A stretch of 63,788 bases of DNA, counting the filler, from Octopus bimaculoides (Eukaryota), in NCBI RefSeq assembly GCF_001194135.2. It is 7 parts of 5 records of this genome, joined end to end, with 100 filler letters (N's around TTAATTAATTAA, not from the genome) between each part and the next. Parts side by side here need not be neighbours in the genome. Positions count along the whole stretch, not along the records: positions 47,657 to 59,927 come from NC_068991.1; positions 60,028 to 61,904 come from NC_068990.1; positions 62,005 to 63,788 come from NC_068990.1; 4 more parts are not named here. One strand, written 5' to 3'. Both the position numbers and the translations under genes were made by a program. This document shows positions 53,398 to 63,788 of this stretch, piece after piece; positions within the stretch are counted from its first letter, which is position 1; the number at the start of each line of letters is the position of its first letter. The notes under the pieces are model-generated. The model was not told the DNA's origin, did no database searches, and worked only from the letters and a program-made list of their open reading frames with translations.

Positions 53398-55453
53398 TGG
53401 GGTGCGGTGAATAAACTGTCGTCTAAATTATGCAAAAATGAAAATAACATTGACATCTCATTTTAACAGATATATTTACCAAAATTACATAAAAATATCT
53501 TGAAATACTAAAGAGTAAATTCATTCAATAAAATTGCCATTGGCTTCAACCGCAGCCTTCAGACGTCTTTGGAATCTCCTGCAACTCTTCTAAAGGGTGT
53601 CTTTGTTAAAGTTTGTGAATGTTTCTATAATCATTGCCTTCAGTTCATCTTTGGTGTTAGAAGTTTTTCTGGTTTCTCGCTCAAATGTGCTCCACACATA
53701 ATAATCAAGGTGATTGTTGTCTGGGGAGTTAGGTAGCCAGATGTTAGGGATGATGTGGTCGCAGAAATTGTCTGACAGCTATGACTGGGTTCTCTTGCTT
53801 GTGTGGCATGGTGCAGAGTCCTGTTGCCAGACACAGGGTCTTCCAGCAGCCACCTTCTTGACCCAGGGCAGCACTACCTCCTCCAGGCACTTGATGTAGG
53901 CCTCCATATTGAGTCTGAGGCCGTGTGGGAAGACGAATGGAGGCATAACGTCGCCATCACTAGTGATCACCCCGAACACCATGATGTTGATTGGATGTGT
54001 AGTGGATCTTGCATGCACGAAGTGGATTCGATCCACCATAGCCAAATTTAAATTAACACTGCAACAGAACTTTTCCCCACAGTGGAACAATGGTTTTTCT
54101 CTGACAGCAGTTTTATGTTTTCCAGATGCCTTTAGCTAGGCCGAAATAATGTCTTCACCACTTGACCCTTTCTAACCTCTTCTACTCCACCAAAAGCTAG
54201 AATAGGGATAACAAGACCACCAACTAAATCTATTGTTTTCAATGATATGTCTATCCTTCTGGATAGTTATAAAAGCAAGAAGACCCCAAGCAAAAGTCAG
54301 TCGGTGACGACTCAATGAGTTCAGTCACATGGTGATGACTCAGTGACAACGGAGTCCGGCTGACCAGCTAGAACCTTGGTCAGAGGGAGAAATGAAGTTT
54401 ACTGTCAGCAACTGTGAGACAACTCTCACTAGCTCTAATTCTGTTCTCTTACAACATCGTTCTATCTCTCTCTGTAATTACTACTAAACAATGAAGAGGA
54501 CACAAACACAAACATTACTTCGCATGCTTTTGGATTTATCATAACCTGCCCGTCAAGGCAAGGTATTGTAACAAAACGGTAAATAAGTATTTCCTTAAAA
54601 CTTCATGCATTGTTCCTCTTTCACATCCTACATGCTGTTCTAACAACAAATTTTTATCGTCACAGCTGCTGACTCTGACATTTCATAATATTGTGAACTT
54701 AATCAACCCTACCCGTTACAATCGGTAACTACACAAACTATTATCGCTACAGATGTTTGATTTTTATCATTCTCGGTACATGTTTTGGGGACACGGCAAG
54801 CCAACGGTTGTTCTGTGTGTTCACCATCTGATCCTGGCAGAAATTTTCTCGTCTAAGAAAAACTAAGGCATATTTGGTTGAAAGGGATGCTTCAGTTTGT
54901 TCAAAAGCTTCGTAGCGTGGTCTTTCCTCTTGTCCTTGATAGTTTGAGATAAAAATTGGCCCTTTCTCATCTTGTTTGAAGAATACCGAATGTCTTCATG
55001 CACTACCTGCCTGATAAGAAACTCAGACACGCCTATGTCTTTGGCGATGAACCTGACTGACTTGGAGGTTTTGTTGTCAATCATGGCTTGGTTCTCACTC
55101 ACAAATTCAGGTGTTCTTCTCTTACCAGACTGATCAGAGGAAGTTTTCCGAGCTGCTGTACCTTCGTAATCACCATTAGATACATCCAACTCTTTCCGAA
55201 TGCTCTGCACTATCCTCAGATTTCACCCAAACACTCTGAAATGTTCGTATTGAAGTTTCCGGCGCGAATGCCAAGCAGTACAGCATGTCGTTTCCAAATT
55301 TCTAGCAGAGTGAATTGCGTCATGGTGCTGTTTTTCTCACAGACAGAGCCCAACTGACTCTACTATGCTGTGTCGTCGACAAAATCAAAAACAAGAATGC
55401 ACACACACGAAATTAAAAATATAAAATAGCGACAATTTACACATCGCACCCAA
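53398..55453 (-). mobile_element. Full-length Tc1/mariner DD37D (maT) element, interrupted and pseudogenised
   Basis: TA-flanked imperfect TIRs (TGGGGTGCGGTGAATAAACTGTCG / TTGGGTGCGATGTGTAAATTGTCG). Transposase DEKNF...VFGVITSDG...WQQDSAPCH-37 aa-LDY, with a stop at W. Length without the insert is about 1.3 kb. Confidence 0.9.
53998..54751 (+). mobile_element. 754-bp solo LTR (Gypsy-type) inserted in the mariner transposase
   Basis: Termini TGTAG...CTACA; 4-bp TSD GATG at 53994-53997 and 54752-54755; removing it restores ...IKHPINIMVFG; TATAAAA at ~54268; first ~210 bp homologous to the LTRs of 50443-52894. Confidence 0.9.
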
Positions 55454-55585
55454 TATNNNNNNNNNNNNNNNNNNNNNNNNNNNNNNNNNNNNNNNNNNNN
55501 NNNNNNNNNNNNNNNNNNNNNNNNNNNNNNNNNNNNATATATATATGTTTAGCACACTTCTTTGAAGGATTTTTTTTCCTCAGTT

Positions 55586-55621
<36 letters not shown>

Positions 55622-55754
55622 CATGTATGTATGTATATATATGTACAGATACATTTAGAAACATATATATATATGTGTATAAAAATACACCACATTACAT
55701 ATACACGTGTGTGTGTGTATGTGTATGCATGCATACATATATATTTACATATAT

Positions 55755-56075
55755 AATTCCGAGTTCAGTCCCACCACATGGCACCTTGAGCAAGGGTCTT
55801 CTGCTATAGCCTCAAGCCAACCAAAGCTTTGTAAGTGGATTTGGTAGACAAAGATTGGAAAAAGCCTGTCATGTATGTATGTATTTGTGTGTTTGTGTTT
55901 GTCCCCCCCTCCCATCACTTGACAACTGACGTTGGTGTAACTTAGCAATTCAGCACAAGTGTCCAATCAATAAGTACTAGGCTTACAAAGAATAAGTCCT
56001 GGGATCAGTTTGTTCAACTAAAGGAGATGCTCTAGCATGGGCACAGTCAAATGACTGAAACAAGTAAAAGAGTAA
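55755..56075 (+). mobile_element. SINE family B
   Basis: GAGTTCAGTCCCACCACATGGCACCTTGAGCAAGG...AGTCAAATGACTGAAACAAGTAAAAGAG. Confidence 0.85.
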
Positions 56076-57586
56076 AAGAAAAGAGAATATATATACACAC
56101 ATACACGCACATGCACACACATACATACATGCATATAGATATCTATACATATACAAATATATACATATATATACAGACATATAGAGATGTGTTTATATAT
56201 ATATACATACATATACATTTGCATACACACACACACACATACATATATGTATAAAAATACACCATATATACATATATATGCATGTGTATGTATATATGTA
56301 TACACATACATACACACACACATATATATATATACACATATCATCATCAAACGATGATGATGATGATATGTATACATATATATATATATGTGTATGTATG
56401 CGTATGTATATGTATACATATATATATATATATATATATATATGTATAGATAGATAAATAGATAGATACATACATACATACATACATACATGCATACATA
56501 TATATTAATACACACACACACATGCACACACACACACACAAACACACACATCAACATGCACACATCAGCTATTTCCCCCTCTAGTGTCTACCTCCTTCAT
56601 AAACAACACTACACTACACAGAAAATAGAATTCTGTTGAGCCGACTGAAGAATTGGTCCTCCAAATTACAGCAGCCTTGCAATAATTGGACACCATCATC
56701 ATGTTACAGAATGAATAATTGATTTGGTCAGTGAGATTCGTTAACGAAAATAGATAAGAAATTCCTTTTCTAGGTGTAAACAAATAAAACACCAGACAAA
56801 CAATTGTATTCAGTTGTACTGTTTTTAATTGAAACAGTTGTGGGAAAAAAATGAATCTATTTATATTGAATCAGATTATAACACATATTGTCACTATTTT
56901 TATATTACTCTGAATTGCTTTATTTTAATTCATTAAATGGGTGGGGGAGTCACATACGCACACACATATACACTGATACATACATACATACATATATATG
57001 TGTGTGTATGTATATATATATATATATATATATATGTTGTATATATATATGTACATATATATATATATGTACATATATGTATGTATGTATGTATATATAT
57101 GTGTGTATCTATATATTTATATATATATTCAAATATGAATGAGAATGAATGAATACATATATATAAAGTTAAAGAGGAATTTTTGTCAGGTGACTCCAAC
57201 TATGTGTACCTTTTTATCATATATCTAAATTAAATGTCCTTGTGAAGTCTTGCCAAACGGTTTGCCATTTCATTTCTGTTTTAATCAATGTATGTATGTA
57301 TGTATGTATGTATGCATACATGTATGCATGCATGCATGCATGTTATGCAAGGTTAAATTACCTTATGTCCAGCTTATTAAACCATGAAATTTTTTTTTGT
57401 TCTGCATAATCAGCTGACACATGATCGAAGTCATGTGACCCTTGACTTTTAAAATATATTACAGTCGTTTTTTCAAATCGATTCCTCTCAGGCTATGGAA
57501 GAAAGATTTCTCGAGTCAATTCAACAAGAAATATATGTATTCATTAAACTTTATGCTTCATTATATTCATCTGTGCTCACAAGAAA

Positions 57587-57629
<43 letters not shown>

Positions 57630-57884
57630 ACACATACACACACACATATGCACACACAATATATCAGCTAGCATCCTCAAACTGATCTTGCTTTGTCTCT
57701 TTGAGAAGCCTCTACTGATATGTGAACTAATTACTTCCATTCATTGTATTACCTGACTTTTTCAATGTCATCACTCAATATCTTGTAACATCTGCTGTGT
57801 TTGACAAACACGTTTCTCTTCTGAGAAGTTTTCAGTATGTCTCAATGAGTTCTCTTAACATGAAGAGTAAAGAACTCACTCTCT

Positions 57885-58125
57885 CTTTTACTCTTTTACT
57901 TGTTCCAGTCATTGGACTGCAGCCATGCTGGAGCACCGCCTTTAGTCGAGAAAATCGACCCCAGGACTTATTTTTTGTAAGCCTAGTAATTATTCTATCA
58001 GTTTCTTTTTACTGAACCGAGATGGTGGGTGGACAAACTCAGATACACAAACATACACACACATATATACATATATACGATGGGCTTCTTTCAGTTTCCA
58101 TCTACGAAATCCACTTACAAGGTTT
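57885..58125 (-). mobile_element. SINE family B
   Basis: Reverse complement of family B 3' half and body. Confidence 0.85.
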
Positions 58126-58139
58126 TGGTTTGTATGCAG

Positions 58140-58845
58140 TATATAGTTACGAGCATCTAATACATTGAAGACGTTTTCTAGACAGGTTTTAATAACATGC
58201 TTGGTGTCTCCAAGTAATCTTCGGGCTCTGAGACAATGGCCTATAGAAGTTACAAATCAGGACAATAGAACAAGAGAAATCACATGAAAAACCAAGAGGA
58301 AGGTGAAAAAAAAACAACAAAAGAAAAGAGAAAAGAAAGAATATTAGCGTTATGTTCCCTTTGATCATAGTCATAAGGCTAGGTGATGTAGGATCAATGG
58401 AAGGGGTCCAAAGTCTGCAATACAATTGCTCAATCTGGAGAGTGTGGTGTTCTCCAATTCAGCAAAGTAACTTCTCCATATGTTTGCATTTTCTAAAAAT
58501 TCTTGATCTACAATTTAGCAGTGTAGTGCAATTTTTAGATCTAAAAAGTGTATGTGATCTTTCAGCTAGGCAAAACTTACATTTCTTAGATTCATTAACA
58601 TACGGCATGGATTTTTCAATGATCTTCGGTCTTCAATCTTCATACATGACTAGCCAACTTAGTGACTTTATCTTTTTTCCATGAGCCGGAAAGAAGATAA
58701 GGGGTCAGCATAGTAACCTTTGAAGTCAACTTCGTATAACCTGATGTAATATTCTTTTCAGTTAGGTTATTACGTAGCATTGCTGTAACTTCTGACAGAG
58801 TTTATTATGCACTCCTGGTTGAGTGGAAAAGCTCCAGGGTCTCAA
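58140..58845 (-). mobile_element. Penelope-like element: GIY-YIG endonuclease C-terminus plus pseudo-LTR
   Basis: Minus strand: PLNQECII...; KDKVTKLASHV.RLK...IIEKSMPYVNESKKCKFCLAE...TLLNCRS..FRKCKH, matching the Penelope C-terminal CxxCLxE...LLNxRSE...CxH. Confidence 0.8.
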
Positions 58846-59017
58846 CGTATATATATATACATATATGTATGTGNNNNNNNNNNNNNNNNNNNNNNNNNNN
58901 NNNNNNNNNNNNNNNNNNNNNNNNNNNNNNNNNNNNNNNNNNNNNNNNNNNNNNNNNNNNNNNNNNNNNNNNNNNNNNNNNNNNNNNNNNNNNNNNNNNN
59001 NNNNNNNNNNNNNNNNN

Positions 59018-59412
59018 TCTTTTACTTGTTTCAGTCATTTGACTGCGGCTATGCTGGATCACTGCCTTTAGTCGAGCAAATCAACCCCAGGACAAATTCT
59101 TTGGAAGCCTAGTACTTATTCTATCGGTCTCTTTTGCCGAACCGCTAAGTTACGGGAACATAAACACAACAGCATCAGTTGTCAAGCAATGTTGGTGGCA
59201 CAAACACAGACATACAAACATATACACACACATGCATATATGCATATATACGACGGGCATCTTTCAGTTTCCGTGTACCAAGTCCACTCACAAGGCTTTG
59301 GTCGGCACGTGGCTATAGTAGAAGACACTTGCCCAAGATGTCACGCAGTGAGACTGAACCCGGAAGCATGTGGTTTGTAAGTAAGCTACTTATCACACAG
59401 CCACTCCTGCAC
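59018..59412 (-). mobile_element. SINE family B, near full length
   Basis: Head GGAGTGGCTGTGTGATAAG...GGGTTCAGTCTCAC..CTTGGGCAAGTGTC through to the tail. Confidence 0.9.
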
Positions 59413-59684
59413 CTATATAATATATCTAAAGAGATTTTTTCTGTCACGCTGGAACAATGCAAGAATGTACAAAGTAAACTATAATAGGAAAAGAAAACAG
59501 AAAACAAAGTTGCAGTTTTACTTTGTATAGAATTACAAAGTGAACTAAAAGTATGTTTTCTTTCCTTTTTCTTTTGTAGTTTACTTTGTACATTTTTGCA
59601 TTGTTCCAGCCTTACACAATAAACCTCTTTAAAGTAGAACCACACAATGCTTCACACAAAACTACTCTGTTTTACATATGTACT

Positions 59685-59925
59685 CTTTACTCTTTTACTC
59701 TTTAATTTGTTTCAGTCATTTGACTGCGGCCATGCTGGAGCACTGCCTTTAGTCGAAGAAATCGACCCCAGGACTTATTCTTTGTAAGCCTAGTACTTAT
59801 TCTATCGGTCTCTTTTGCCGAACTGATAAGTTAAGGGGACATAAATACACCACCATCGGTTGTCAAGCGATGTTGGGGGACAAACACATACACACAAACA
59901 TATACACACACATACCTATATATAT
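59685..59925 (-). mobile_element. SINE family B 3' half
   Basis: Same 3' sequence as 8030-8285. Confidence 0.9.
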
Positions 59926-60546
59926 ATNNNNNNNNNNNNNNNNNNNNNNNNNNNNNNNNNNNNNNNNNNNNTTAATTAATTAANNNNNNNNNNNNNNNNN
60001 NNNNNNNNNNNNNNNNNNNNNNNNNNNATATACATATACATATATATATAAAGGTATATGTATATACACACATATATATATATACATATGCATGTATATA
60101 TGTATAGTTTTATATACATAATGATATGGTAAAGCGTTACGTACCGATGGAGGTTGTTGACTTCCGCTAGTTTGTTATATTCCTCGGATAAATTTTTCAT
60201 AGTGCCGGTAGAAAGCAATGTAAAAACACGAACATTACAACGGCTGTTGTTTCTTCCTGTTATTGCTATTGTTATTATTGTTGTTGTTGTTGTTGTTGTT
60301 GTTGTGATTGTTATTGTTGTTTGCTGTTATTTTTTTTTTTAACAATGCCCGTTGGTGATGATGACCATGGTGGTGATACTCATAATGATGATGATGATGA
60401 TGATGACGATGGCGATGACGACGACGCCGACGACGTATGTGTTGTATCTGGTGGAATCATAGAAGGTAGATTGATATTAACGGAAGAAATAGCGTTATTC
60501 TGACGAAATGAATTCACAGAGACGATTTCATCTTATTTTTTCAACT

Positions 60547-60587
<41 letters not shown>

Positions 60588-60782
60588 TAATAGTAATAAT
60601 AATAAAAATAATAATAATGATGATAATAATAAAGATGATGATGATGATGATGACAATAATAATGACTTCCGGTTTTTATAATGAATTCCTCGACCCTTGT
60701 TATTTATTTTGTTAAAAAAATAAAATTTCTTTTCCTCTCGTTTGGCAAGGGAGTGGTATGTCACCGTAATGCTGATGGTTAT

Positions 60783-60826
<44 letters not shown>

Positions 60827-61071
60827 CGCAGTGGTTGCTGTGGTAATGATAGTGATGTAGTGTTGACGATGGCTGTTGCAGTGTTGGGCGGCGGCGGCGG
60901 TGGCCTTGTCTTTCGTGGCAGCTGTGTTGGTGGTGGTGGTAGTGGTGAGAATCATTTAAGTTCACGAAGCAGTAATTGCATATGCGCGTGTGGGTATGCG
61001 TCTGTGCATGTATATAAGTACAGTACGCACGTGCGCATGCATGTATGTATGTATGTATGTATGTATGTATG

Positions 61072-61120
<49 letters not shown>

Positions 61121-61150
61121 TAGTACTGTTCGTGCATCAAGACCATCGCC

Positions 61151-61181
<31 letters not shown>

Positions 61182-61379
61182 ATATATATATGTATATATT
61201 TATGTGTGTTAGTGTGTATGTATGTAAGTATGTATGTATGTAATGTATGTATGTGTAATAGTGTGTGGGGTGGGGAGGGGATCCTTATGTGCCTCCCAAT
61301 GCACGTACTGTCGATGGTAGCGATTCAACTGCTTGTGTTGCTGTTATTGATGTTGTTGTTGTTGTCGTCGTCAATAGAG

Positions 61380-61600
61380 GTGGGTGGTTTGCGGTTGCAA
61401 GGATGAATGGGTGTGCGAATGGCTGGGTGTACCTGGGTGGTCGTAGTTCGAGGTACACGGGTGGTTGAGGGTAGCGACTTGACGACGTGAATTGGTGTAA
61501 GGTGCGCGGCGGTTTCGGCCTGGTTTGGGTGCTTACGTTTCCCCGGTTCGAGTCGTCAGAGGTTTAAAAACGAACACGCTCGAGACATGTGGATGCATTC
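61380..61600. promoter_or_regulatory. CpG/GC-rich island, candidate promoter or first exon
   Basis: Many retained CpGs in a CpG-poor background; minus-strand donor-like AAC|GTAAGC at 61537/61536. Confidence 0.3.
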
Positions 61601-61621
61601 ACAAGATCCACCGACATGTGC

Positions 61622-61655
<34 letters not shown>

Positions 61656-61829
61656 ATGTGTACATATGCATGCTTGCATGTGTGTAAGTCTGTATTTGTG
61701 TGTACATATATGTGTGCATACGTGTGTATACGTGTGTATGTATGCATGTATGTGTGTTTAGTAACCGAAACAAATGGACGTTGTTTTTACTTACTTTATC
61801 GATAGACAGACTATAATTAATGCAGTATC

Positions 61830-61861
<32 letters not shown>

Positions 61862-62253
61862 ATAGTAGTAGTAGTAGTAGTCGTAGTAGTAGTGGTAGTA
61901 GTAGNNNNNNNNNNNNNNNNNNNNNNNNNNNNNNNNNNNNNNNNNNNNTTAATTAATTAANNNNNNNNNNNNNNNNNNNNNNNNNNNNNNNNNNNNNNNN
62001 NNNNTACACACGTGGAAGTGGACTAACGTAAGCAGCTAACACTCCGCCCATCTGTTTTGAGTTACATACATTTAAGAACATTGTGGCTGTGAGATGTAGC
62101 GCTCAAATGATTCGAACTCCTATGTATATACGGCGGACCAACTACATACACACACACACACACACACAAACACACATACATATGCAACCACCTGTGAATC
62201 GTTGTTGATTTTTTCCCACCGTCTTCCTTTTCTATTGGACGTTCCTCTGTCTC

Positions 62254-62292
62254 CTGTTTCTGAAAAAGAGCTTTGCTCGAAACGTAAAACAG
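62254..62292 (+). ncRNA. Minimal type I hammerhead fold, G8A core (CUGAAAA), in a Penelope-like pseudo-LTR (62200-62385)
   Basis: CUGUUU-CUGAAAA-A-GAGC(UUU)GCUC-GAAAC-GUA|AAACAG; helix I 6 bp. Confidence 0.65.
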
Positions 62293-62387
62293 CCTTTCTT
62301 TCCTTCCCTGAACATTTGCTTATACTTTACATGTACCACGTCCTCGTGTTGTTGTTTTTTGCGTTTGTTCTTCGTTTTTTCAATTTA

Positions 62388-62414
<27 letters not shown>

Positions 62415-62418
<4 letters not shown>

Positions 62419-62522
62419 GGGCTTCTTTCAGTCTCCTTCTACCGAATCCACTGACAAGGCTTTGGTTGGCCCGAAGCTATAATAGAAGACACTTGCTCAA
62501 GGTGCCACTGAACCCGGAACCA
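62415..62522 (-). mobile_element. SINE family B fragment
   Basis: GACGGGCTTCTTTCAGT...GAAGACACTTGCTCAAGGTGCCA. Confidence 0.75.
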
Positions 62523-62548
62523 TATGTCTCTATGTGTGTGTATGTACA

Positions 62549-62587
<39 letters not shown>

Positions 62588-62695
62588 ATGTGTATGTGTG
62601 AGAGGGGAGGAAGAGAAGAGAGACATTAACGTGTTTGTAAATATATATATATGTGTGTGTCTGTTCATGCATGTGTGCGTGTATCTGTGTGTGTG

Positions 62696-62814
<119 letters not shown>

Positions 62815-63349
62815 TATGTGTGTGTGTGTGTGTGTGTGTGTTTGAGTTCGCTTTACTTTTTGGACAATAGCTGTTTATTGATAGTCGAATTTGACTGAGT
62901 TGAGTTACCGTTTATAAGCTTGTAATTTTCCGGTCAGTTTATAAATCAGAATTTTTGTGCGTATATATTGCAGCATTTGTTATAGCTACACTGTGTGTCG
63001 ATAGTTTGATAATCGATTGTTCATCCAATGTCGTATTTCTAGATCTATAAATGATCCGATATTGGATTCAGACTGCGAACTTTTATTGAAGTCAGAATAG
63101 TTATGATATTTACCGCCAGTGCTTATATATATGACAGTGATCTTGTTAATAGTCGTGACAAGGATAATCTTACCCAGACTTCCATGTTCAGGAGAGATTT
63201 TGTTTCATAGACATGCGTTAGTGCTAATATACTCAAATTTTGCATGTGTTTTTCTTTTATGGCGACGACCATTAATACAAAGGAGATAATCATTCCCTCA
63301 CAACACTAGGCTGGATTAGAAATTTGAATTTGAACTTAAGGAATATGAG

Positions 63350-63788
63350 ATAATGATAATTAGATATCCAGCAAATATGGTGGGTGGGGCATTGTTTCCC
63401 ATTCAAACTGCTCCAGCCATTGGAATGTCATCCTCTCTGTATGTGGTCTAGCATTATCCTGATGAAAGAACACCTTTCGTTTTGAAACCAAAGATGGTAG
63501 GTTTTCTTTTAGCGCTGACTTAAGCCACTCAAGCTGCTCGCAGTAAATCTCCTTTGTTATCGTTTGCTTTGGGTTTAAAAGCTCAAAGTGGACTAACTCT
63601 TTCATATCCCACCAAATATATCCCACCTTTCGTGGGTGAAGACTTTCTTTAACCTGAGGTACCGGTGTTTCTTCTTTCCCTATCCACTGTCTTCGGCGCT
63701 TGACTTCTTTTTTTATAGAGAACCCATTTCTCGTTACAAGTCACTATTCAGTCCAAAAAAAGGTTTATTCGTGAAACGTGACGGCAAA
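63350..63788 (-). mobile_element. Mariner (DD34D-type) transposase relic, continuing beyond the window
   Basis: IVTCNEKWVL...HPRK; WWDMKELVHFELLNPKQTITKEIYCEQL..LK...FFHQDNARPH...WETMPHPPY.LDI. Confidence 0.9.

Noticed and set aside
61530-61559. Minus-strand CUGACGA-stem-GAAAC-GUAA-GCA hammerhead mimic
   Set aside because: U16.1 is C and no helix I pairing is possible in type I or type III topology

Overview
AT-rich, microsatellite-laden animal genomic DNA. The SINE, LINE and transposon repertoire points to a coleoid cephalopod, probably Octopus (inference). Roughly 15% of the window is N-gaps. No intact host gene can be assembled. The window is mainly transposable-element relics: several tRNA-derived SINE families, CR1/L2, RTE, R4/Dong-like LINE 3' ends in (TAA)n, Penelope, Helitron, hAT, MULE and three Tc1/mariner copies. 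Highlights: (i) five type-I hammerhead ribozyme folds (50-126, 47870-47906, 48522-48607, 49979-50068, 62254-62292), all with palindromic or loop-less helix III suggesting dimeric activity; one has a canonical core and four have single core substitutions. (ii) A shortened Ty3/Gypsy (CsRn1-like) element at 50443-52894 (-) with a PPT, about 94% identical LTR segments and a tandem array of five tRNA-Trp PBS-like units, three apparently absorbed into the LTR. (iii) A related 754-bp solo LTR with a 4-bp TSD splitting a full-length DD37D mariner. All calls were made by eye. Coordinates of degenerate repeats are approximate (about +/-20 bp); ribozyme, LTR and TSD coordinates were indexed base by base.
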